Assembly: GCF_963921235.1 (NCBI RefSeq)
Contig: NC_086108.1
Coordinates: forward strand, 89,902,001 to 89,966,000
DNA length: 64,000 bases
Direction of reading: 5' to 3'
Source: Mobula hypostoma
Taxonomy: Eukaryota
Made by a program: the position numbers and the translations under genes. The notes below the pieces were generated by a model, which saw only the letters and a list, made by a program, of their open reading frames with translations, did not search any database and was not told the DNA's origin. Shown piece by piece: positions 52,255 through 64,000 of the stretch. Every line of letters begins with the position of its first letter. Within the stretch, counting starts at the first letter, position 1.

Positions 52255-55200
52255 GACAGAGAGGGTAGGAATAGAATGAGGTGGGAGATAAATGCATGGC
52301 TGAAGAATTGGAGCAGGGAGCGGGGATTTAGATTTCTGGAATAATTGGGAACTCTTCTGGGGAAGGTGGGACTTGTACAAAAGGGACGGGTTGCACTTGA
52401 ATCTGAGGGGGACCAATATCCCTGTTGGCAGGTTTACTAGAACTGTTGGCAGTGGTTTAAACTAATATGATAGGGGGATGGGAACTAGTATGATAGAGCT
52501 GAGGGTGAGCCAGCAAGGTTTACAAGTAGATGATGGGTGTAACATGAATGTAAGGAAGGACAAGCCAGTAATTGGGTACAAATGCAGAAAGAGCAAAGAG
52601 TTAAATTGTATCACAGAGGCACAATTCAAAAGAGTGAAGAATGTAGCTCTGAAGGTGTTGTATTTAAATGCGCATCGCACTTGGAATAAGGTGGACAAAC
52701 TCATGGCACAATTACAGACATCTCACCTCTCCCAGAAGTTCCGGGAGTCTCACGCATATTAATGGTGGCTCCCTGATGCCCACAAATTATATACAATATC
52801 CCAGAGATCAATTTTTTTTGAGAGAGAGAGAGAAAGCACGTGTGCGCCATGGCAGAGTGTTCCAAAAAAAGAAAATATAAAACGTATGTCACCCCAGACT
52901 ACCCTAAAGTGTACGCCTGCCTAATAGAGGTCAAAAATAGTGACAATGTTGCTCGCTGCACTGTTTGCAACAGTGACTTTTCTATTGCCCATGATGGGTT
53001 AAAATGTAAACGACATGTTGAGGTGAGTTTAACAAGTGTCATTCGTTCATTAGCATAGCTAATATTATTTAAACTAGCTGGCTAGCTGCTAAAGAGCTAC
53101 TCTATTGCAGACATCCCACCTCTCCCGAAGTTCCGGGAGTCTCCCGCAAATTGATGGTGCTATCTCCCTGAAATGAGTTTTTGCAGGGTGGGATGTCTGC
53201 AATTAGAGATTTGTCAGAATGACATTGTGGGCAACACTGAGCTGTGGCTGAAAGAAGGCCGTTGTTGAGAGCTTTAATAGCAAAGGATATACTTTTGTAT
53301 TGAAAGGACAGGCAGGAAAGCATAGGCTGTGGTGTGGCTCTGTTGGTAAGAGATGGAGTTATATCTTTAGAAAGAAATGACATAGGATCAGAGAATACTG
53401 AATTTTTGTGGGTGGAGTTAAGAAACTGCAAGGGTGAAAAAAACATAATGGGAATCATATATAGGCCTTCAAATAGTAGCCAAGATGTAGGATTAAGATT
53501 GCAAATAGAGCTGGAAAAGGCATGTAATAAGGATAATGACACAATTGTAATGAGGACTTCAATATGCAGGGGGATTGGGAAAATCAGGTTGGTGTCAGAT
53601 CACAAAGGAGGGAATTCATTGAATGCCTACGAGTAGACTTTTTAGAGCAGCCTATGCTTCACCCTACTCGGGAAAGGCCATTTTAGATTGAGTGTTGTTT
53701 AATAATCTGGATCTTATTAGGGAGCTTTGTAAAGAAATCCTTAGGAGGCAGTGATCATAATATGATTGAATTCATTCTGCAGTTTGAGAGGGAGAAGCAT
53801 AAGTCACATGTATCAGTATCACAATGGAATAAAAAGAATTACAGATGCATGAGAGAGAAGCTTACCCAGGTGGATTGGAGGAGGATACTGACGGGGATGA
53901 TGGAAGAACAGAGATGGCTGAAGTTTCTGGGAATAGTTCATAAGGCGCAAGATAGATATGTCCCACAGAAGAAGTTCTCAAATGGCAGGTTCAGGCATCT
54001 GTGGCTGAAAAGGGAAGTTAGGGACTCATAAAAGCCTAGGAAAGGGTATATAACGTAGCAAAAATAAGTGGGAAATTGGATGATTGGGATGCTTTTAAAA
54101 TCCAACAAAAGGCATCTAAAAAGCTATAAGAAGGGAAAAGATGAAATATGAGGGAAAACTAGCCAATAATAAAAAGCAGGATACTAAAAGGTTTTTCAGT
54201 TATAGAAAGAGTAAAAGGGAGGTGAAAATTGATTATTGGACCACTGGTGAGGTAGTAAGGTAGGGTGGGGGTAGGGAAAGGACAAAAAAATGGCAGATGA
54301 ACTTAGTAAGTACTTTGCATCGTTCTTCACTGTAGAAGACACTAGCAGTGTTCCAGAGATCCGTGAGAATCAGGGAGTAGGAGTGAGTGCTATTGCCATT
54401 ACAAAGGAAAAAGTGTTAGGTAAACTCAAAGCACTTAAGGTGGATAAGTCTTCTGGACTAAGTGTACTACAACCCAGAGTCTTGAGAGAGATTGCTGAAG
54501 AGATAATGGATGCATTGTTCACATCTCTCTACTCTTTAAGAAGGAAGGAAGGCAAAATAAAGAAAATTATAGGCCAGTTAGCCTAACCTCAGTGGCTGGG
54601 AAAGTGTTGGAGACTATTATTAAGGATGAGGTTTCAGGATACATGGAGACTAATGATAAAATAAGTCTAAGTCAAAGTCAGCATGGTTTCTGTAAAGTGA
54701 AATCTTGCCTGACAAATCTGTTAGAGTTCTTCAAGGAAGTATCAAGCAGGGTGGACAAAGGAGAGGCAGTGGATGTCATTTACTTAGATTTTCAGAAGGC
54801 ATTTCTCAAGGTGCCACACACGAGGCTGCTTTACAAGATAAAATCATATGGTGTTACAGGAAAGATACTGGCATGGATAGAGGAATGGCTGACAGGCAGG
54901 AGGCATCGAGAGGGAATAACAAGGGCCTTTTCTGGTTTGCTGCCAGTGACTAGTGGTGTTCCTCAGGGATCAGTATTGAGACCACTAATTTTCATATTGT
55001 ATGTTAAAGATCTGGTTAATGGAATTGATGGCTTTGTGGCAAAGTTTGCGGATGATATGAAGATAGGTGGAGAGGTAGAGAGTGCTGAGGAAGCAATGCA
55101 ATTGTAGCAGGACTTAGACAAATTGGAAGAATGGGCAAAAGTGTGGCAGATGGAATACAGTATGATAATGCATTTTAGTAAAAGGAACAATTGTGTGGAC

Positions 55201-55931
55201 TTTATTGAAATGAGGGAAAAGGTTCAAACATCAGAGGTGCAGAGAGACTTAGGAGCCCTCGTAAACGACTCCCAGAAGTTTAATTTACAGGCTGAGTCTG
55301 TGGTAAAGGAGGCAATGCAATGTAGGCATTTATTTCAAAGGGAATAGAAATAAATGCAAGGAGATAATGCTGAGCCTTTATAAGATACTAGTCAGGCCGC
55401 ACCTGGAGTATTGTCAACAGTTTTGGGCCCCATGTATCAGAAAGAATGTGTTGTCATTGGAGAGGATCCAGAGGAGGTTCACATGGATTATTCTGGGAAT
55501 GAAGGAGTTAATATATGAAGAGTGTTTGGCAGCTTTGTGCCTGTACGCACTGGAATTTAGAAGAAGGTGGGGGATCTCATTGAAGCCTACCAAATGTTGA
55601 AAGGACTAGATAGGGCTGATGTATGATGGGGGTATCCAGAATTGGAGCACACAGCCTCAGAATTGAGGGGTAACCTTTTAGGACAGAGGTAAGGAGGAAT
55701 TTTTTTAGCCAGAAGTAGTGAACCTGTTTACTGCCACAAACTGCAGTAGAGGCCAAGTCCGTGGGTATATTTAAGGCGGAAGTTGATCGTTTCCTGATTG
55801 GTCAGGGCATCAAAGGATATGGTGAGAAGGCAGGTGTATGGGGTTGCGTGGGATTCGAATTTAGCCATGATGGAATGGCAGAGCAGACTCGATGGGCTGA
55901 ATGGCCTATTTCTGCTCCTATGTCTTATGGT
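52255..55931 (+). mobile_element. Long CR1 LINE (ORF1 esterase-like C-terminus, APE, RT)
   Basis: NAWLKNWSRERGFRFL..RDGLHLN (ORF1); LYLNA, GVALLVR, GIIYRP, GSDHN (APE); QHGFCK.KSCLTNL, GVPQGSVL, KFADD (RT). Confidence 0.95.
52715..53199 (+). mobile_element. Non-autonomous hAT-like DNA transposon with BED-finger remnant
   Basis: TIRs CAGACATCTCACC / GGTGGGATGTCTG; 6-bp TSD CAATTA; ARCTVCNSDFSIAHDG..KRH followed by a GTGAGT donor-like site. Confidence 0.8.
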
Positions 55932-57257
55932 TTGTTAATAGTTTATTAAAATGAGTATTTCCAAACCTATAACGTTGAACTGTTCTTTCTCCACCATTGA
56001 ACTGAATCCTCGAAATCTGCTTACATCCAGTTATAGTTTGTGGTGCATCACCTGTGCCCCAGCAATGAACAGAAGAAATCAATTCCTGATTCAGTTGTGA
56101 ATTCTGGACATCAGAAGGTTCTGATGAAAGGTTATTGGTATCTGTGAATAACTCTCTCCTTGTATTTTCTTTTTATTTCATATTTCCAGTTTCTGTAGTG
56201 TTTTGTATTATTGACTCTTCCACAATTAGCAACCGTGAAGTAGCACTGTCCTCTTCTTAGATGCAATTTCTATTTGTCCTTTACCCTATTCTCCCTTATT
56301 GGTTTCTCTTTCCTGTCTTACCTTTGACCAAATCTCACTTTCAGTTCCATCTCCTTCCACTGCAACTGTCTACAGCTCAGAACTGTGCCAAGTGGATTCC
56401 CATTGAAGTTCCATATTTCACAATTTAGTCCTTCCCATGATTACAAACAGATTCAAGATGTTAGGTTTCTCAAAATGATGTCTTCTCCACATATTGAGAT
56501 CCACACTCGGAGATATGTACCAATACATGCGCTACATTGACATATTCCCTCCAGCAGTTTTAACTCAAAGTTCAAAGTAAATTTATTATCAAAGTAATAA
56601 TAAAACATTTATGTTGCCATGTACAACCCTTGGATTCATCTTTTGGTGGGCCTTCTGAGTAAATAAAAGAAACACAATAGAATCAATGAAAGACCAGCGC
56701 AATAGGACGGACAACAGCTAATGTGCAAGGGGCAACGAACTGTGCAAATATAAAATTACAAAAAAATCAAAATAATACAAATAAATACAGCACTGTGCTT
56801 AATCACATTATATATATATAGCTAGGGTTCCTAAAACTTTTGCACAGAACTGTATATTATATCTTTCCAGTTACCAAATGACAATACTACTGAGCTAATG
56901 CAAAGCTAAGGACTCTCACTTACCAACTGACATAGGTGCCAGAGTAGGGAATTGAACTCTGAACTCCAACACCCTGAGTTGTAACAGCGTCATGATAACC
57001 GCTACACTCTCATGATACCACTATTCCAACTGTTCCATCATATTAAGGATAAAACGAATTCTGTTTTCCATGTACATTTGCAGTTGAAATGACACCTTAT
57101 CAAAACAAGGGGTAGGTTACATTCACAAGATGAACTCTGTGGTGAAGATTCAAGTTGTGGAGAAGGGCACGGGGAAACTGTAGAACTTTAGCATGTCTGG
57201 CAAATGTAGAGAGGCCGCTGGACAGAAGGCCTCAGCTCCAGTGATGTCAAAGTCCAT

Positions 57258-57457
57258 GACACACATCAAAGTTGCTGGTAAACGCAGCAGGTCAGGCAGC
57301 ATCTATTGGAAGAGTTTCGGTCAACGTTTCAGGCCGAGACCCTTCGTCAGGACTAACTGAAGGAAGAGTTAGTAAGAGATTTGAAAGTGAGAGGGGGAGG
57401 GGGAGATCCAAAATGATCGGAGAAGACAGGAGGGGGAGGGATGGATCCAAGAGTTGG
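57258..57457 (-). mobile_element. Penelope-like pseudo-LTR fragment with hammerhead motif (57319-57354)
   Basis: TSD CAAAGTCCAT at 57248-57257 and 57458-57467. Confidence 0.88.
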
Positions 57458-58695
57458 CAAAGTCCATAAGCTTGTCACGTGAGGGAGAAGAGATCTGAGG
57501 TAACAGCCATAGAGAAAGGAAGTGGTTTTAACCTTTACATTTAATCTAATAATAATGGCAATTGTGGCCAATTGGAAGCAAGGACAAATGTAGTGCAATC
57601 TGACACAAGTCAGTGGAAAATAATTCAAGTGAATAGTGAATTTATTGTACCTTTTATTACATCCACTATTTTCATGTGGTTTTGTTCAACAAGAATGATC
57701 TACAAAATGATTACTTACTTCAAAACCACCCTCAGTCCAAGGAAGGTGACCCATTATGTTCCAGCAATTGTCATTAACACACCAAATAATGTTATTGGTT
57801 CTCAACTATAATAATGTCACTTTTTTTTTAAAACTTCAGTGCTCACTGCCTTGGGTTCCGACAGGAAGCACAATGTTGAAAGGCAACTTTAAATAAATTT
57901 CATGGAGACTGTCTTTACAGGCACTATGCTGAAATTGCATCTCCTTTAATGAAAACATTGCCCCTGCAGTAACCAATCTGAGGGTTGAAGGCAATAAACA
58001 CTACAGTTTAGAACATACAATAGAATATTTTATGAGCACATTTATCTTCAGCGGTGGCCACAGACCTGTGTCATTGTTTTTACCTTTTCCTTAATGGGCA
58101 CTTAGTTGAGGTGGAAAGCCACTTCAGCCAAGACATTCAGAACAGGAAAATTCTAATCACTATTTGATCCTACCTACAATAAATAAAAGCAGATCATGTC
58201 CTATTAAAGATTCAAGCCAATTTTTTTTAATTCAGAGATACAGTGTGGAACAAGTCTTTCTGACCCACCAAGCTGCACCACCCAGTGGCATACGAATTTT
58301 AACCATAGCCTAATCACAGGGCAATTTACAATGACCAATTAACCAACTCACTGGTAAGCCTTTGGACTGTGGGAGCAAACTGGTGCATCCATAGGAAACT
58401 CATGCTCACATGGGAAGGAACATATAAACTTGTTTGCAGAGGACGCCGGAATTGAACTCCGAACTGCGTCACCGTGAGCTGTAATACTGCTGTACTACCG
58501 TGATACCCCAATTCTAACTGTTCCATTGCTCTAAGGACAAAATGACTTCTGTTTTTCATGTACGTTTGCAGTTCTAAAAAGCTGATAACTTCTAAATTTT
58601 CCTCCAAGTGTGGTAGATATCTGCAAGGAAAGGAGCTGGTAGAGGCAGATGCAAATACTATATTTAAAAGATATTTGGACAGGTACTTAGATAGG

Positions 58696-58952
58696 CTGGT
58701 GGCGTAGTGGCATCAGCGCTGGACTGCAGGGCAGAGATTCCAAAGTTCAAAGCTGGCTCCCCCCAGCACGCTTTCCATCCATGCGGGGTTAAGAGCTGGT
58801 GATCTCTTTGGGAAAAAAAACACCTCTCCCGGCAGAAGGCAATGGCAAACCATTGCTGTAACTGTACGTGAATTCCAACTACGTCAGAACGACATGGGAG
58901 GAAGTTGTCCGCTACCTGGAAAAATTCAGGATGTGACCTACATTATTATTAT
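58696..58952 (+). mobile_element. tRNA-derived SINE with (ATT)n tail, nested in a CR1 tail
   Basis: A box TGGCGTAGTGG; TSD TACTTAGRTAGG at 58684-58695 and 58953-58964. Confidence 0.8.
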
Positions 58953-59004
58953 TACTTAGGTAGGAAAGACATAGTGCAGACCTAATGCAGGCAACTGGGA
59001 TTAG

Positions 59005-59036
59005 TACAAGCACAAGGGATTCTGCAGATGCTAGAA

Positions 59037-59085
<49 letters not shown>

Positions 59086-59167
59086 GCTAGAGGAACTCAA
59101 CAGGTCAGGCAGCATTTGTGGAAATGAAAAAAGCAGTCGACATTTTGGGCTGAGAACCTTCGTCAGG
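59005..59167 (-). mobile_element. Penelope-derived short element containing an expanded (CA)n microsatellite (~59038-59082)
   Basis: TSD ACTGGGATTAG at 58994-59004 and 59168-59178; decayed hammerhead motif at 59135-59170. Confidence 0.82.
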
Positions 59168-60278
59168 ACTGGGATTAGCTTATATAGGCATCACAGTGGT
59201 GTGGAAAAGGTAGGTTAAAAGAGCCCATCTCAGAGCTGTATAATCCTATGACCCAGCAGATCCATGCTGGCTTCAAGAAAAGCAATCTGGTTGGTCCTCG
59301 TTCCCCTCTGCTTATCTCCCTGTACCCCAACAACTCATTCTCTCTCACGTGCTCATCAATACTGCTTTTGGATTCTTTTGCAACTAACCTATACCCAGTG
59401 GTAATTCACAGTGTCCAAATAACCAAACAGCCAGTCTTTGGGATAAGGGAGGAAACCCAAGCAGTTTAGAAGAGAATGTGCAAACTACGTCAGACAGGAG
59501 CCATGTTCAGGATTAAACATGAGTCTCTGAGCTCTCAAACCAAATTTTTAAATTCTGTTTAATGAATTGGATGCAAGTACCAAATTTGCTGCTGATACAA
59601 AGACAGGTGGGATAGTAAGTTATGAAGAGGAAGCAAAGAGCCTACAAAGGGATATATTGTAGATAAATGGGTGGACTTGAAGTTGGTAGATGGAGTATAA
59701 TATGGGAAAATATTGATCTACTTTGGGAAGAAGAATGATGAAACAAATTTCTATTTAAATGGACTGAGATTGCAAAGTGTCACAATACACAAAGATATTG
59801 AGATTGGAATACATGAAATAAAAAAATTAGCATACAACAAAATCAAGCAATTAAGGATGCTGATAGAAAGTGGGTCTTTATTAAAAGGGACATTACAATA
59901 GGCTTAATAACATACACAAAATGCTCAGTGAATTCAACATATCAGGCAGCATCAACAGAAGGGAATAAACAATCAACATTTTAGGCCAACGCTCTTCACC
60001 CTAAAAGTAGGCTTGTTTAGGTGCCACAGTACATGGAAGCAGTTAGACCACATTTTGAGTATTTAGTCTCCATATTTAAGGAATGATGTTCAGTACTTGC
60101 TTTGTAATTGGTGCAGAGAAGCTCAAAAGGATCTATTTCATTACAAACACCCTCACCTCCAAGAAATCTCCATTGCAGTGTATCCAGATATCTGACCTAC
60201 CAGTTCCATTGCTTGTTGCCAGTTCTCCAGTGTTGGAAAGGAAGCCTTTGGAATTAAAAGTAAATGTCCCAATGACTA

Positions 60279-62373
60279 AGGATCTAGTGCTTTCTCGGTG
60301 AATATGATGAATAAACTCTTCTCAGGCTTCTAGCTGTGTATAGGTATCGATTATAACCGACATTTCGATGACAAACTCTGCCACCTTTTTCAGGGGCGAT
60401 GCTTGGGCCTGTCTAGTCCGGTGGTATTTATACCCCCTGTAGTCCGTCCATCCTGTTTGGTTAGTCGTCATCTAATCAGGTTTCCACTCTCTCACTTTGT
60501 TTACAATCGAATTCCAGTTCTTACTTGGGGTGAGACCTTCATCTTCATTAAAATTCTTTTCCTCTAGTTTTATTTCAATGGCTTTCTTCACCAGGCAGTC
60601 CCAAAAGCCATTGGTGTGGCACAATACTTCTGTGCCATCGAAGTCAATCTATGACCATTGCAAATGTAGTGATTCGCTACCGCCGATTTCCCTGGGTCAC
60701 CTAAACGGATGCACCTCCGGTGCTCCCTGATGTGGGTTTCCACCATGTGTCCTGTCTGGCTAATATACCCTGCTCCACATTCACAGGGAATCCTGTGAAT
60801 GTCAGCTGACCTGAGTCCCAGGTCATCTTTGACCCGCATAAGCTGTGATTTGAGCTTCCTTATGAGTTTGTAGATGGTATTAATCCATTATTTCTTGAAA
60901 ATCCTTGTGATCCTTCCAGAAACCATGGGAATATAGGGAAGACAGGCGGTAGTAATGGGTTCCTTCTTATTGTTAGGTTTCCTGGTTTTTCTGTCAGCCC
61001 TTTTAGAGGCCCGATTGATTTCCTTCAACAGGGAGACTCTCTGAATCCAAGGTAGTTTTTGCATGGTTAATCAAAGTAAAAAGAACTGCTCTACGTTGGG
61101 AGGCGTGTTGGTGGCCGTTATTGTTGAAGTACAAGTCCACGTGAGTGGGTTTCCAATAGATGCCATATCTGAGGCTACCATCCAGTTTCTGTTATATTAA
61201 AATGTCCAGGAACAGGAGACAATTATTTTTCTCCAAGTTCACTGTAAATTCAATGTTTGGATGTATACTGTTCAGATGGTTGTGTAACTGTTGGAGTGCC
61301 TGGACTCCATGACACCACACTACGAAGGTGTCATCGACATATCGACATATCTGAAGAAGCATTTGGGGAGTAAGGGCAAGGAATTTAGAGTCCTCTCCTC
61401 AAAGTCCTCCATGCAGAGATTAGCTATAGCTGGTGACAAGTGCGATCCCACAGCCAATCCATCTGTTTGTTTATAGTAGTTCCCCTTATAAAGGAAGTAT
61501 GTCGATGCAAGGGGGTTTTCAAAAAGATCAATGGTACCCTTATCAAACCTTGAGTACAGGAGGACCAAGCTGTCTTTAATGGGAATTCTTGTGAACAGGG
61601 ACACCATGTTGAAACTGATGATTATGTCCTCCGGGTTCAGCTGGATGTTGGTTATGGTTTTAATGAAGTTGGTCAAGTTCATGATGTGATGCTCATAGCC
61701 CCCAACAAAGGGAGACAGGATGGTCACTAAATGCTTAGCGAGGCATCTATCCCACTAACAATAGAGTCTTCCCCATATTCCCATGGTTTCTGGAAGGATC
61801 AACAGAATTTTGAAGAAAGATTGGATTAACACCATCCACGAACCCATAAGGGAGCTCAAATCACAGCTTATGGAGGCCAGCGATGACCTGGGACTTAGGT
61901 CATCTGGTGGTGAGAGGATTCCCTGCAAATGTGGAGCAGTGTATATCAGCCAGACAGGATGTACGGTAGAAACCCACATCAATGAGCACAGGAGGTAATC
62001 TGGGTTACGCAGAGAAATCAGTGATAGCAGAACATTGACTTTGATGGCACAAAACTACTGTATCACACCAATTGCTTTTGGGGCCAGCTTGTAAAGGAAG
62101 CCATTGAAATAAAACTAGAGGAAAAGAATTTTAACAAAGACGAAGGTCTCGCTCTAAGTAAGAACTGGAATTTGATTGTAAACAAGGTGGGACAGTGGAA
62201 ACTTGATTGGATGAGGATGAACCAATCAGGATGGACAGACTATGGGGGTATAAATACCAACAGACTAGACATGCCCGGGTATCATCCCTGAAGAAGATGG
62301 CAGAGTTTGTCATCAAAACATTAGTCATAATTGACACCTGTCCCAGGCTGGAAACCCGAGAAGAGTTTATTCA
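60279..62373 (-). mobile_element. Penelope-like element (Poseidon/Penelope-type): RT + GIY-YIG with ~600-bp inverted duplication
   Basis: ISFNMVSLFTRIP, YKQTDGLAVGSHLSP.IANL.ME, FRYVD (RT); RIPCECGAGYISQTG (GIY-YIG). 61767-62373 mirrors 60305-60945. TSD TCCYAATGACTA at 60267-60278 and 62374-62385. Confidence 0.92.
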
Positions 62374-63242
62374 TCCTAATGACTATTTTAAGCCACCCTT
62401 CAAATGCCATTAATAAACAATTATGACTAACCACCATTAATTGGTTGTTTTAAAAAATTTGAATTTGAATGGCTGTGAACCAAAGAGCTGGAAAATGGGA
62501 TTCTATGATGGGCATGGTGGCTTCCTACTGCTCTTCAAATTCCTGTGATTCTATGGTTGGAGGAGGTAGGCTGAGGACTTTCTTGGGTAAATGGAGGAAT
62601 AAGAAAAGTTTAATCGATTTATAAGGCCAGAGATAAATCCAAACAGAACAGGCATTCCTACTTAAGGGTCATTTGTGACTATCCGTGCTGAGATAATCAG
62701 AGGTGGTCCAATAACTGAAATCACCCTCATACAAATGAGTTCATTTCCTGCCTCATTCACACCTAAATTAAAGTAGTGGTTCAAACAGCAGTACTTTTTT
62801 TTTTACTTTGCAATTTTACTTGCTTTTTCTGGAGCAAGCATGTGGTAATAAAACAAAATTGCTGTAAAGGCATATTTTATTTACAAACAGGGAAAGTAAA
62901 ACATCAGGAGAAATGCTAATATAATTATTAACTTGCTTGTTTAACCACTCGCATATGTTCAAATACTTTCAAAAGATTTAAAGTAGTAATTAACTTTGGT
63001 TATAACCTAAAGGTTTTCTGCTAAGATATGCAATTCATCCAATTTCTGCATTTCATTCCTATGACTATTAGTTTAATTGGGTTTACCTGTTCATTTTATT
63101 TAGCTTATCTGTTCAAGTAATGAATGGAGGAATGTCAGACCAACTAATTGCTTATATTATAGATTATTATATCTTTGTCAGCAATATAAATGTGATAGGA
63201 AGATTTACCCAGGTTGTCAATTTCCCCAGAGAAAGGAATATA

Positions 63243-63640
63243 CATTCAGTGGCCACTTTATTAGGTACACCTGCTCATTAATGGAAATATCTAATCAGCC
63301 AATCGTGTCAGCAACACAATGCATGAAAGCATGCAAACATGGTCCACAGGTTCATTTGTTGTTCAGATCAAACATCAGCCTGGGGAAGAAACGTGATCTT
63401 AGTGACTTTGACTGTGGAATGACTGTTGGCACCAGAGAGGGTGGTTTGAGTATCTCAGAAACTGATCTCCTGGAAATTTCATGTGCAACACTCTAGAGTT
63501 TACAGAGAACATTGCGAAAAACAAAACATTCACTGAGCAGCAGTTCTGCGGGCGAAATTCATTGTTATTGACAGAGGTCAGAGGAGAATGGTTGGACTGT
63601 TTCTTGGCAGGAAGGCAACAGTAACTCAAGTAAACACACG
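63243..63640 (+). mobile_element. Tc1/mariner transposon left end with transposase N-terminal HTH remnant
   Basis: TA|CATTCAGTGGCCACTTTATTAGGTACACC terminus; GKKRDLSDFD.GM.VG.R.GGLSISET, RGQRRM..L, RKATVTQ. Confidence 0.8.
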
Positions 63641-64000
63641 TCAGTTCGATAGTTTCATTTAGTATCAGAGAAATGTATACAATATATATCATGAAATCTT
63701 TTTCTTCACAGACCTCCATGAAAACAGAAGAGTGCCCCAAAGAATGAGTGACAGCTAAAACGTTAGAAACCCAGGAGCCCCCACCACTCCCCACCCCCAC
63801 ACATGAGCAGCAGCAAAACAACGACCGTCCCCCACGCCCACCCACTTCCGCAAAAAAGCATCAGCAACCTCCACCCATGCAATAACGAGGCCCCCAATAA
63901 AGACCATGATTTGCAGTACAACAAAAACGAATTGTTCCCCCAACAACTCAACATGCCATAGGCTCTCTCTCTCCCTAATAACGTGCATGATATGTTGAAC

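Overview
This is eukaryotic, repeat-saturated, AT-rich DNA with no confidently identifiable host gene. The repeat inventory (abundant CR1 LINEs, V-SINE-type SINEs, Rex1/Babar, RTE, R4/Dong, two Penelope-like families, Gypsy, Tc1, hAT) suggests an intron or intergenic region of a fish, probably a cartilaginous fish; that assignment is an inference. Nearly all recognisable ORFs are decayed transposon fragments. The notable signals are structural. (1) A near-complete HDV-like self-cleaving ribozyme fold sits at the 5' end of an RTE-type element (500->318, minus strand) and has an unusual hairpin inserted in L3; a second, degenerate candidate lies at 9369. (2) Two families of minimal hammerhead ribozyme motifs occur in Penelope-like pseudo-LTRs, including a 1.28-kb near-perfect palindrome with a 14-bp TSD and several short palindromic derivatives. 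(3) An RTE LINE shows a clean twin-priming 5' inversion. (4) A 116-bp inverted copy of local unique DNA is inserted into a CR1 tail. (5) A hAT-like element has a 6-bp TSD and an internal copy of its own terminus. Coordinates were counted by hand, and element boundaries without TSDs are approximate.
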